64,000 bases of DNA from Acholeplasmataceae bacterium (GCA_963667565.1 OY763415.1:288001-352000), one strand, 5' to 3'; positions 20,304 to 31,142 are shown, counted from the stretch's first letter. Numbers and translations: made by a program. Notes: generated from the letters alone by a model not told the origin.

Positions 20304-20875
20304 ATGCAAGAGTTAATCAGTTTAGCATTTACGTCATTTTTAGTACAAAATATTATTTTGACTCAATTTCTTGGGATTTGTTCATTTTTAGGTGTTTCTA
20401 ACAAACGATCTAAAGCCATTGGTATGGGGATTGCAGTGTTTGTAGTTATCACGTTAGGTGGTATGTTAACATGGGCAATCTATTACTATATTTTATATCC
20501 TAATTAACATTTATGAGAACCATTGTCTTCATCTTAGTGATTGCGTCTATGGTTCAGATCTTAGAAATGGGTATTAAGAAGTTTAATAAGTCACTTTATC
20601 GTGCATTAGGTGTTTATCTACCTTTGATTACGACTAACTGTGCTGTATTAGGGGTTGCTATATTAAATATTCAAAACAACTATACATTTGCAGAATCAGT
20701 CACATTTAGTGCTTTTACTTCACTCGGTTATACTGCAGTGATTATCATTTTTAGTTATATTAGAGAACAAATGGGGAAAGCACCAATCCCTGAAGGTTTC
20801 AAAGGTATTCCAAGTGCATTAATTGCCGCAGCAATTATGTCATTATTATTTAAAGGATTTATCAATTTAATCTAA
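20304..20875 (+). pseudogene. rnfA: Rnf complex subunit A, split by a frameshift near 20504
   Basis: N-part LTQFLGICSFLGVS...GMGIAV ends YPN-TAA; C-part LTFMRTIVFILVIA...LPLITTNCAVLG is in another frame. Confidence 0.88.
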
Positions 20876-21177
20876 TGCTAGTTGCATTACTACAAATTGG
20901 TGCAATCGGTCTGATTTTGGGTATTTCTATTGGTGTTGCGAGTAAATACTTTGAAGTTAAGACAGACCCAATGGTTCAAAAAGTTTATGATGTGTTACCA
21001 CACTTCAACTGCGGTGCATGTGGAACACCAGGATGTATGGCAATGGCAGAAGCTGTTGTTAATGAAAACTATCCAGTGACAAAATGTCGCCCTGGAACAG
21101 ATCAAATGAAAAAAGGTGTTCAAAAAATGTTAGATGACTATAAATCAGGTGTCCTAACATTTGAAGAACAAAAATAA
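20875..21177 (+). CDS. rnfB: Short Rnf subunit B (membrane anchor plus one 4-Cys Fe-S domain)
   Basis: LPHFNCGACGTPGC...KCRPG; TAATG coupling to rnfA. Confidence 0.88.
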   Translation: MLVALLQIGAIGLILGISIGVASKYFEVKTDPMVQKVYDVLPHFNCGACGTPGCMAMAEAVVNENYPVTKCRPGTDQMKKGVQKMLDDYKSGVLTFEEQK

Positions 21178-21182
21178 AAAAT

Positions 21183-21222
21183 AAAACCTTAGATTCTACT
21201 TTTAGAACCTAAGGTTTTTTTT
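21183..21222. terminator. Bidirectional intrinsic terminator ending the cyd-rnf operon
   Basis: AAAACCTTAG.TTCTA...TAGAA.CTAAGGTTTTTTTT. Confidence 0.8.
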
Positions 21223-21886
21223 ATACATGAAATCTGCTTTTAAACTCTTCTCGACTTTCTTTGGATGGTAGTAATAAAATACCAAGTAAAGTCACAAAAG
21301 AATAAGATAGACACGCTACACTTGGCCACGCGACATCAACTAAGCGAAGAAGCAAGAATAATCCAGGAAATAATCCAAGAACACTCATAAAAATAATATT
21401 GGGTGAGAAATCTAACCAACGCTTGTGGTTAAATAAAATCATTGATGACAAAACGAGCAGTTGTAACATGACGACAAATGGAAATACATAATCTAGTGCC
21501 CAATGATAATCTTGGATACTTAAACCAATTAAGAATAAACCGATAATGGTTGTAATCAATAGTTTAGAGACTTTTATATTCCATGCCGTTTTACTATTAA
21601 ATAGTAGTAACATGACAATAGCAAATAAATTAGCAGCACCTAAAGTTAAGGACCATGTGAGAGGTAGGCCATTAAAATAATCAAGTCCTAGTCCAATAAA
21701 TAGGCTACCTAAGTTAAGAAGAACTAAAAATCTAATCCAAATGGATGGTTTTTTTCTTTTTTCTAACGTTGCATATTTAAAATTAGGCTCATGTTGATCA
21801 TGATTTTCTAGATCACCATGACAGAATAAACAATGGTCAAGTGGTGCATCATATGATATCTTACATGTCTTACAATATTTCATCAT
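21221..21886 (-). CDS. Membrane protein with N-terminal zinc ribbon (DUF6320-like)
   Basis: CKTC...CLFC followed by about 6 TM segments and a C-terminal EEFKSRFHV. Confidence 0.7.
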   Translation of the reverse strand: MMKYCKTCKISYDAPLDHCLFCHGDLENHDQHEPNFKYATLEKRKKPSIWIRFLVLLNLGSLFIGLGLDYFNGLPLTWSLTLGAANLFAIVMLLLFNSKTAWNIKVSKLLITTIIGLFLIGLSIQDYHWALDYVFPFVVMLQLLVLSSMILFNHKRWLDFSPNIIFMSVLGLFPGLFLLLRLVDVAWPSVACLSYSFVTLLGILLLPSKESREEFKSRFHV

Positions 21887-23150
21887 AAGCCTCCTTGTAA
21901 TTAGTATCTATGGTGATAGAAACACCGTGATCAGTTAAAAAAGATATGAATTGATTGATAATGCTTAAATCCTTGTGTGGTGTTGTAAATATGATATTTG
22001 TGACATCATTAATTGATGTTGTTGTTATACTTAAACCCGTTGTAAAACTTAAAAAATCCATATCGATTACTTTAGTTTTCATATCATCTGGTAGATCACA
22101 AAGACCAATATTAGAAAGTGAGCATGTATTAATACTTTCACCTAACATGTTATAACCTATTTTAAATGCGATATTTTTTAATGCAAAAGGTAACATTCTA
22201 ATTAATAAATTTTTCTCTAAACCAACAAGTGCAGAAATTCTACTATTAAGCTTGTCTTTATCAAGTTGATCAACGAAATCTTTTTTTGTCACTTCTAAAA
22301 TTTCTTCAAAAGTCCATGTTTTCTTTTCAGCAGGATAAGTGCATTTTAAATAAAGAGAGAAATTTCTCAAGGTTTTTGAATTAAAATAAGGTCTTAAATT
22401 CACAGGCACAAAGACTTTAATGGGTTTCTTATGCCCTACGAAATCAATCGATTCTAAATAAATACTATAAGCAACTAGCGCAGTGATAAATTGAGTGAGT
22501 GTTGCTTGATAAGTAGTTTTTACGAAAGTTAATAATTCTTTAGTGTTAAACTTTAGTTTAACAGCAAGTAAGAAGTGATTGGAAAAAGATTCACTTTTAA
22601 TATGATATGCTTTTTCTTCACGAAGTGCTAATTTGTTATCCTTATCATAATTGGATACAAAATTATCCTCAGATTCCTTTTTGGAATATGGAAGCTCACC
22701 TAAAATCTTATTTTGGTGGTCCATTTGAAATCCTAAAAGCTTAAAATATTTGAATAAAATAGATTTTAAAAATTGAAGTGCACCTAATCCATCAGAAATA
22801 CCATGGAATGTTTCAAGTGATATTTTATTATCCAAGTAGAAGACTTTAAATAAGAAGTTTCTATTGGTATAAGTCTTAAAATGTTCACACAAAAAAGGTG
22901 TTTCTTTATACACCTTAGCAATTTTGGTATTCGCCCCAAGGTATTGCCAAAAAAGACCTGTTCTTATTTGTACGGCAAATGTTTCAAATCTTGGCAATGT
23001 CTCGTTGACTGCTTGTTCTAAAATGATAGGATCTACAGCTTCATCTAAATAAAATGAAATCCTAAAAATATTGCTTCTTGAATCTTTGGAAACCGCAGGA
23101 AATACTTTTCCGGCATTGTCTAATTTGTACCAGTATTTTTGTTTTCTCAA
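21870..23150 (-). CDS. CoA-dependent acyltransferase (alcohol acetyltransferase-like)
   Basis: WYKLDNAGKVFP, FHGISDG (HxxxDG), PVNLR, LSNIG. Confidence 0.8.
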   Translation of the reverse strand: MRKQKYWYKLDNAGKVFPAVSKDSRSNIFRISFYLDEAVDPIILEQAVNETLPRFETFAVQIRTGLFWQYLGANTKIAKVYKETPFLCEHFKTYTNRNFLFKVFYLDNKISLETFHGISDGLGALQFLKSILFKYFKLLGFQMDHQNKILGELPYSKKESEDNFVSNYDKDNKLALREEKAYHIKSESFSNHFLLAVKLKFNTKELLTFVKTTYQATLTQFITALVAYSIYLESIDFVGHKKPIKVFVPVNLRPYFNSKTLRNFSLYLKCTYPAEKKTWTFEEILEVTKKDFVDQLDKDKLNSRISALVGLEKNLLIRMLPFALKNIAFKIGYNMLGESINTCSLSNIGLCDLPDDMKTKVIDMDFLSFTTGLSITTTSINDVTNIIFTTPHKDLSIINQFISFLTDHGVSITIDTNYKEAYDEIL

Positions 23151-23314
23151 ATGATATCATCCTTTTATATACGTAGTACCCCTTAACCATATTATACATG
23201 CTTTAATAAAAAACTGAATATAGAATTATTATCTTTTATCAATCATTGTGTCATCGACTACATATAATATGTTAAAATGTTTTTATAAAATAACATTGAT
23301 TGTGGTGATGAACA

Positions 23315-24613
23315 ATGAAAAAAGTCGGATTACTTGAAGCTATCTCCATCGGTATCGGTGGTATGGTCGGTGGTGGGATATTTGCAGTCTTAGGATTAGC
23401 AGTTGAAAGTGCAAGCGGGGCAACTCCACTGGCTTTCTTAATTGCAGGATTGATTGCATTAACAACCGCTTACGCATATGCTAAACTTGCAGAGCAGATC
23501 AAATCAAGAGGTGGAACAAGTTCATATATTAACCAAGGATTTGGCAAAAATATTTTTACAGGTGGAACCAATAACTTTTTATGGATTAGTTATATTGTCA
23601 TGATTGCGCTTTATGCATCTGCATTTGGATCGTATGCACCTAATTTAATTCCAATAACATCAAATCAAACGATTAATTATCATATCTTTGTTTCACTTAT
23701 TATACTTATAGCTGTAGGCATTAATTATTTAAGTGTTAAAGTTGTAACAGAAGTTGAAAAGTGGGCAGTGATTTTAAAACTTGTCATTTTACTTATTTTT
23801 GTAGGTGTTGGAATCTATGGATTAACACAATCATCATATGTCAGTCAATTAGGTATTTCTCATTGGCCAAATCCAATTTCAATCATTGCAGGTGGAATGC
23901 TTATCTTTGTCGCATATGAAGGATTTGAACTCATATCAAGCGTGACACCTGACATGGATAAAAAATCAAACATAAAAAAAGCATTCCTTTATTCAACGAT
24001 ATTTGTCATTTTACTTTATATTGTGATTGCGGTGATTACCGTGGGTAGTCTTCCCTTTCAAACCATTCAAACAGCACAAGATTATGTCCTTGCAGAAGCA
24101 GCAAAACCATTTTTAGGTCAGTTTGGATTTGTGATGATCATCATTGCAGCTTTAATCTCAACTTTCTCAGCGATTAATGCAACCTTATATAGCAGTTCAA
24201 GAATCAATTATGAAATTGCTGAAGATGATGAATTACCTCATGAATTCACTTTGATCATTAAAAATGAACCCATCGGTGTCATGATCACTGCTGTATTAGC
24301 ACTTATTATGGTTAATTTTATTCCATTATCCAGTATTTCTGGTATAGGTAGCATTGGATTTTTATTTATTTTTGCACTTGTGAATTTATCTGCATATAGA
24401 TTAAGGAAAACGCTTGAAGGTAAAGCTTGGTTATTCTTATTAGGATTCATTTTTAATACGATTGCGATTGGTGCACTCATTTATAATGAATTGACAACAA
24501 ATATCTTAACCATTGTCTACACATTGATTCTAATTATTTTATGCTATACGATTGAATTTATATATAAAAAATCCGAGTTTAAAATGAAAGAAAAATTGGT
24601 TAAAAAACCATAA
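23315..24613 (+). CDS. APC family amino acid permease
   Basis: GIGGMVGGGIF, FVAYEGFE, about 12 TM segments. Confidence 0.9.
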   Translation: MKKVGLLEAISIGIGGMVGGGIFAVLGLAVESASGATPLAFLIAGLIALTTAYAYAKLAEQIKSRGGTSSYINQGFGKNIFTGGTNNFLWISYIVMIALYASAFGSYAPNLIPITSNQTINYHIFVSLIILIAVGINYLSVKVVTEVEKWAVILKLVILLIFVGVGIYGLTQSSYVSQLGISHWPNPISIIAGGMLIFVAYEGFELISSVTPDMDKKSNIKKAFLYSTIFVILLYIVIAVITVGSLPFQTIQTAQDYVLAEAAKPFLGQFGFVMIIIAALISTFSAINATLYSSSRINYEIAEDDELPHEFTLIIKNEPIGVMITAVLALIMVNFIPLSSISGIGSIGFLFIFALVNLSAYRLRKTLEGKAWLFLLGFIFNTIAIGALIYNELTTNILTIVYTLILIILCYTIEFIYKKSEFKMKEKLVKKP

Positions 24614-24622
24614 GGAGATTAT

Positions 24623-25123
24623 ATGGATGAAATTATTGTAACAACCCAAAATGAAATTGATGATTATTTAAGATTTTCAATGCATATACTTAAAACTCAA
24701 AAAAAGTTTAATGTTTCACTGAACATCATTTTAGTTTCTGCAGCTGTTATTTTGATACTAGGTCTAGTATTTATGGATATAACATTTATTGTATTAGGTT
24801 CTGTTTTTTTAGCGATTAGATTTTTATTTAAACCACTTGTGAAACTCATGGTAAAATCTAATTTAAAAAAACTTTCAAATGAAATCAAAGAAGAAGAACT
24901 TAAATTTACAGAAACTGAGTTGTCCATTAAAAATGAACTATCACATTCAGTTATTCCATGGCATAAATTTACTAAAATTGAAGAAGATGAAGTGTTACTC
25001 TATTTATTTTTAACTCAAGGTCAAGCAGTGATTGTTAAAAAAGATCGTTTGTCACAAGAACAATATGAACAAATACTTATATGGCTTTCACCATATAAAG
25101 AAAAATTAAGCACACAAAAATAA
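24623..25123 (+). CDS. YcxB-like membrane protein
   Basis: Two TM helices followed by an IPWHKFTKIEE...AVIVKK C-terminal domain. Confidence 0.7.
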   Translation: MDEIIVTTQNEIDDYLRFSMHILKTQKKFNVSLNIILVSAAVILILGLVFMDITFIVLGSVFLAIRFLFKPLVKLMVKSNLKKLSNEIKEEELKFTETELSIKNELSHSVIPWHKFTKIEEDEVLLYLFLTQGQAVIVKKDRLSQEQYEQILIWLSPYKEKLSTQK

Positions 25124-25155
25124 AAAAAACATGTTAGATAATCTAACATGTTTTT
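25122..25155. terminator. Bidirectional intrinsic terminator
   Basis: AAAAACATGTTAGA-taa-TCTAACATGTTTTT. Confidence 0.85.
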
Positions 25156-25162
25156 ATTTTAG

Positions 25163-25900
25163 TTATTCTTTTTTACTCGTTAACTTTTTAACAATATCAT
25201 TAGCACGATCAAGGTTAATACCATCAAATGTTCTTAGCACTTCAATAGGAATTGCAAAAACAATGGTATTTGACTTATCTGATGATAAATCATTTAAAGT
25301 AGATAATGTTCTTAAATGCATTGCTCCAGGTGTTTTAGAGACTATCTCAGCAGCTTTTGCTAAGTTGGTAGCAGCAGTCACTTCACCTTCAGATTTAACG
25401 ATTGTAGAACGTTTTTCTCTTTCTGCTTCAGCAACTTTTGCAATCACTCTTTCCATTTCTTCTGGAAGTTTGATATCTTTGATTTCAACTTTTTCTACTT
25501 TGATTCCCCAAGGATCGGTTTCTAAATCAACGATATCTTTAATTTCTTTAGAAATGACTTTCAAGTTTGACAATAGTTCATCAAGCTGATAACCTCCAAT
25601 TGAGTTTCTAAGTGTTGTTTGTGCAAGCTGAGTCACTGCAAAAAACGCATCTTTGACTTCTAGTAGTGCTTTTTCAGCATCATTAACTCTAAAGTATACA
25701 ACCGCGTTAATTGTAATTGTGACATTATCTTTTGTAATACATTTTTGTTGAGGTACATCTTGTGTAATTGTTCGTAAATCAATGATTTTAACTTCATGAA
25801 TCACAGGAATAACAAGTCTTAATCCTGGAACAAGTTTCCTAACATATTTACCAAATCTAAATTTGACACCACTTTCGTATTGTCTAATAATTCGAAACAT
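25163..25900 (-). CDS. SPFH/stomatin (band 7, slipin) family protein
   Basis: IDLRT, ITKDNV, LAQTTLR, DPWGIKVEKVEIKD, AEAERE. Confidence 0.92.
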   Translation of the reverse strand: MFRIIRQYESGVKFRFGKYVRKLVPGLRLVIPVIHEVKIIDLRTITQDVPQQKCITKDNVTITINAVVYFRVNDAEKALLEVKDAFFAVTQLAQTTLRNSIGGYQLDELLSNLKVISKEIKDIVDLETDPWGIKVEKVEIKDIKLPEEMERVIAKVAEAEREKRSTIVKSEGEVTAATNLAKAAEIVSKTPGAMHLRTLSTLNDLSSDKSNTIVFAIPIEVLRTFDGINLDRANDIVKKLTSKKE

Positions 25901-25947
25901 TGAATCACCTCAGTTTTTTTTATACTTATAGTCTATCACGAAAACGT

Positions 25948-25976
25948 AAAAAAAAGTGAAACGTGAAGTTTCACTT
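25948..25976 (-). terminator. Intrinsic terminator of gpmI
   Basis: AAGTGAAAC-gtgaa-GTTTCACTT with an A tract (U tract on the minus strand). Confidence 0.75.
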
Positions 25977-25982
25977 AATTCA

Positions 25983-27509
25983 TTATTTAATAATTAAACT
26001 ATGACCCGTCATTTCTTTTGGTTGTTCAACACCTAAAATATCTAAGAGTGTTGGTGCAACATCACATAAAGCACCTGTACCTACTTTAATATTAGGATCT
26101 GTAATAATAACAGGCACTAAGTTTGTTGTATGTGCTGTATGAGGTTGTCCATCTTCACTCGTCATTTTTTCAGCATTTCCATGGTCTGCGATGATGATTG
26201 CAACACCACCGATTGATAAAATAGCATCTACAACATCTTTAGTACAAGTATCAACAGTTTCAACAGCTTTAGTTGCTGCTTCAACTGAACCTGTATGACC
26301 AACCATATCTGGATTTGCAAAATTTAATATCATAGTATCAAATTTACCTGATTTAATTGCTTCAACAGCGTTATCTCTAACTTCGAAAGCGCTCATTTCT
26401 GGTTGTAAGTCATAAGTTGCAACTTTTGGTGATTGAACTAAGATTCTTGTTGCACCTTCAAATGTGCGTTCCTTACCACCATCAAAGAAGAAAGTGACAT
26501 GCGCATATTTTTCAGTTTCAGCAATTCTAAGTTGTGTTAATCCAGCGTTTGCAATGACTTCACCATAGATATTATCAAGTGATTGAAGATCAAAAGCGAT
26601 TGGACCTTTAACAGATTCATTATAATGCATCATTGAAACAAAGAAGATATTTTTAACTGCTTTAGATGCGTCAAATGTTGGTTTACCTTCAGTTTCATAT
26701 AATTTAGTACCTTCCGGATTAGAAAAAGCAGTAGCAATTCTAATCGCTCTATCAGGTCTAAAGTTTGCAAAGATAATGGCATCATTATCTTTAATAAGAC
26801 CGTTTGTATCTACAACAAATGGAATGATAAACTCATCAGTGATGCCTTCACTATAAGCACTTTCAATACCTAAATCAGCAGAATCAAAATGTTGACCTGT
26901 GCCTAAAGTCATATTGTCATAAGCCTTTTGAAGTCTATCCCAATTATTATCTCTATCCATTGCATAATATCTACCACTTACTGTAGCAACTCTCATGCCT
27001 GCAGATGTTAATTGATCTAAGTAACCTTTACCTGCCATTTGAGGTGTATCTCTACCATCCATGAATGCATGTAGCCAAGGTGTAACACCTTTTGATACAG
27101 CAAGGTCATGTAATGCTTTAATATGTGTTGGATATGAATGTACACCACCATCAGAAACTAAACCAAAGATGTGAAGTTGAGAGTTATTTTTCTTAGTGTA
27201 ATCAATAGCATCTAAGAATGCTTGATTTTCAAAGAATGAGCCATCTTTAATTGATACATTAATACGAGTTAAAGATTGATAAACAACGCGTCCAGCACCT
27301 AAATTTAAGTGACCTACTTCACTATTACCCATTTGTCCATCAGGTAACCCTACATATTCACCACTTGCTTGTAGTGTGTTATTTGGATATTTTTTAAAAG
27401 CTTCATCGAGAAATGGTTTTTTTGCAAGTGTTACAGCATTAGAAGCACTTGCTGGTGCTAAACCATATCCATCCATAATGATAAGCCCTGCAAATCTTTT
27501 TTTGTTCAT
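25983..27509 (-). CDS. gpmI: 2,3-bisphosphoglycerate-independent phosphoglycerate mutase
   Basis: MDGYG, MGNSEVGH, DGGVHS, AETEKYAHVTFF, NPDMVGHTG, ADHGNAE. Confidence 0.97.
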   Translation of the reverse strand: MNKKRFAGLIIMDGYGLAPASASNAVTLAKKPFLDEAFKKYPNNTLQASGEYVGLPDGQMGNSEVGHLNLGAGRVVYQSLTRINVSIKDGSFFENQAFLDAIDYTKKNNSQLHIFGLVSDGGVHSYPTHIKALHDLAVSKGVTPWLHAFMDGRDTPQMAGKGYLDQLTSAGMRVATVSGRYYAMDRDNNWDRLQKAYDNMTLGTGQHFDSADLGIESAYSEGITDEFIIPFVVDTNGLIKDNDAIIFANFRPDRAIRIATAFSNPEGTKLYETEGKPTFDASKAVKNIFFVSMMHYNESVKGPIAFDLQSLDNIYGEVIANAGLTQLRIAETEKYAHVTFFFDGGKERTFEGATRILVQSPKVATYDLQPEMSAFEVRDNAVEAIKSGKFDTMILNFANPDMVGHTGSVEAATKAVETVDTCTKDVVDAILSIGGVAIIIADHGNAEKMTSEDGQPHTAHTTNLVPVIITDPNIKVGTGALCDVAPTLLDILGVEQPKEMTGHSLIIK

Positions 27510-27661
27510 ATTGTTAACTCCTTATCGAATATTACATATCTATTATACAAAAAAATATGTGAGAATTAAGTATAATATACTAAAAAACGTTTTCAAGTTA
27601 TTGAATTTCTTGCACTTAAAATTAATTGTGTTAAAATAAGGGTGTAATTTTAAAAATAATA

Positions 27662-27773
27662 AGTACTTCGGGGCAACGTGTAATTCGTGACCGGCGGTGA
27701 TAGTCCGCGAGCCTTAGGGCAGGAACTTGTGCAATTCAAGTACCGACAGTATAGTCTGGATGTGAGAAGGAAT
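27662..27773 (+). ncRNA. FMN riboswitch (RFN element)
   Basis: CTTCGGGGCA...ATTC..GACCGGCGGT..AGTCCGCGA...GTGCAATTC..ACCGACAGTATAGTCTGGATGTGAGAAG matches the RFN consensus; lies upstream of a RibU-like gene. Confidence 0.95.
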
Positions 27774-27797
27774 ATGTCATTTTTGACGTTCTTTTTG

Positions 27798-27823
27798 TCG
27801 CCGAAGTAATTTGGCGATTTTTT
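27798..27823 (+). terminator. Riboswitch-controlled terminator
   Basis: TCGCCGAA-gtaa-TTTGGCGA followed by TTTTTT. Confidence 0.8.
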
Positions 27824-27843
27824 ATTTCTTAGGAGGATGTCTT

Positions 27844-28473
27844 ATGTCAAATTACTTACGTTTAAAGAAAATGCTTTATGTGGTTGCACTTGCTGCAATC
27901 GCCATTGTTATCGGGCTGTTACAAATCCCTTGGGGATTTTTGCACTTAGATTTTAGTGAAGTTGTGATTTTACTAGCTTTACTGATTTTAGGTCCTAAAG
28001 AAGCCATGCTTGCAGCTGTATTAAGATCTTTTGTTAGAGCGATGTTTACAGGATTTTTGGACCCTATTATTTTACTAGGTGAAATTTTAGCGTTACTTGC
28101 ATCATTTTCTATAATTATGGCTTATGTCATTGTTAGAAAAATACTTCACAAATCAGAAAAACCATTTTTGTATGAAGTACCAGTGAATGGAAATCATACA
28201 TCATTATTTGAATGGGTCATTTCAATTCTACTTATTTCATTATCTTTAACAATGACTTTACTTGTGTTTAATACATTGTTTTCAACACCGATGTATTATA
28301 CTTATTTCACGATCAATGATGCATTTAGTTTTGTTAAATCAACAGGACAAAACTGGGGCGCATATATTTGGTCAAATGTTGTTTTATATGTACCATTTAA
28401 CCTAGTTAAAGGTGCGTCAGTTACCATTCTATTTTTACTTATTAAACCTAGAATCAAGTATCTTGAGTTATAA
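27844..28473 (+). CDS. ribU: ECF transporter S component, riboflavin-type
   Basis: FLHLDFSEV and PFNLVKG motifs; downstream of the FMN riboswitch; AGGAGG RBS before ATG 27844. Confidence 0.88.
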   Translation: MSNYLRLKKMLYVVALAAIAIVIGLLQIPWGFLHLDFSEVVILLALLILGPKEAMLAAVLRSFVRAMFTGFLDPIILLGEILALLASFSIIMAYVIVRKILHKSEKPFLYEVPVNGNHTSLFEWVISILLISLSLTMTLLVFNTLFSTPMYYTYFTINDAFSFVKSTGQNWGAYIWSNVVLYVPFNLVKGASVTILFLLIKPRIKYLEL

Positions 28474-28779
28474 TAAATATATAGAGATATTTAATTAGTA
28501 TCTTGATAAAGTGAAACATTTAGTTTTTTGTGTACACACATAGATTGATTAAGCAAATCAACAATTGATAAAACTTTATGTTAAACATGCATTAATATGC
28601 TTTAAAATCTTTGTTAAGACTTAGAAGTCAATGTGTTTAAATTGAAGGATAACTCCATTTTGAAACATTTATTTCTTATTTATCAAACTATTTACCTTAA
28701 TCACATACAATAAAGTAAATAAGTAAACGTTTTTATCAGTTAATTGACTTTAAATTTATCAATCATTCATGTATAATGA

Positions 28780-30123
<1,344 letters not shown>

Positions 30124-30129
30124 GTGACT

Positions 30130-30159
30130 AAAACACCTTGTTAAAAGGTGTTTTTTTTT
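30130..30159 (+). terminator. Intrinsic terminator
   Basis: AAAACACCTT-gttaa-AAGGTGTTTT followed by a T tract. Confidence 0.85.
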
Positions 30160-30228
30160 ACATAATGTTTAACATATGAATTCATAGGGCGTATAATCAA
30201 AGTATAAACTAAAGAAAGAAGTGATTAA

Positions 30229-31116
30229 ATGAATCAAGAACAATATATGAAAATGAAGCACGGTTTAGGGTTTATTGCAGCACTTGACCAAAGTGGTGGT
30301 AGTACACCCAAAACTTTGAAAGCATATGGTGTCACAGAAGATATGTATCATGATGAAAATTCTATGTATGAACGAATTCATGAGATGAGAACTAGAGTGA
30401 TTAAAAGTGAGGCTTTTAATGATCAAAAAATATTAGGTGCGATTTTGTTTGAAAACACGATTGATAGAAAGATTGATGGCTTGTTTACAGCTGATTACTT
30501 ATGGCAAGTTAAACACGTGATCCCTTTCTTAAAAATAGATAAAGGACTTGCAGACGTATGGCATGGTGTATCATTGATGAAACCTATAGATGGACTTGAT
30601 GCCCTACTTGATAAAGCAGTAGAAAGACATATCTTTGGTACAAAGATGCGTTCAGTCATTAAAGAAGCAAATCTTGATGGTATTAAAGCGATTGTTGATC
30701 AACAGTTTGACATTGGATTACAAATCGCAAGTAAAGGGTTGATACCGATTATTGAACCTGAAGTTGATATCTTTTCAAAAGACAAAAAAACTTCAGAAAC
30801 CATTCTTAAAGCAGAACTTTTGAAACATTTAGATCAGCTTCCTAAAGATATTTTTGTAATGTTAAAATTATCATTACCATCAGTAGAAAACTTTTATGAA
30901 GTACTTATCAATCATCCACAAGTGTTAAGAGTGGTTGCATTATCTGGAGGATATGAAAGAGATGATGCAAATAAGTTACTTTCTAAAAATCATCATATGA
31001 TTGCAAGCTTTTCAAGAGCACTCCTTCAAGACTTAAGATACCAACAATCTGAAGAAGCATTTAATCAATCATTAAATGAAGCTATTGAGACCATTTATCA
31101 TGCTTCAATCACATAA
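30229..31116 (+). CDS. Fructose-bisphosphate aldolase class I
   Basis: [51 protein letters not shown]. Confidence 0.95.
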   Translation: MNQEQYMKMKHGLGFIAALDQSGGSTPKTLKAYGVTEDMYHDENSMYERIHEMRTRVIKSEAFNDQKILGAILFENTIDRKIDGLFTADYLWQVKHVIPFLKIDKGLADVWHGVSLMKPIDGLDALLDKAVERHIFGTKMRSVIKEANLDGIKAIVDQQFDIGLQIASKGLIPIIEPEVDIFSKDKKTSETILKAELLKHLDQLPKDIFVMLKLSLPSVENFYEVLINHPQVLRVVALSGGYERDDANKLLSKNHHMIASFSRALLQDLRYQQSEEAFNQSLNEAIETIYHASIT

Positions 31117-31142
31117 ATAAAAAGATTAAAATCTTATACATG

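Noticed and set aside
2020..20507. Stop-codon reassignment or readthrough explaining the two interrupted genes
   Set aside because: TAA terminates most genes in the window at their expected ends, and the rnfA break is a frame change rather than an in-frame stop.
20495..20515. Programmed ribosomal frameshift in rnfA
   Set aside because: No X XXY YYZ slippery heptamer or clear downstream stimulatory structure; a simple indel is more parsimonious.
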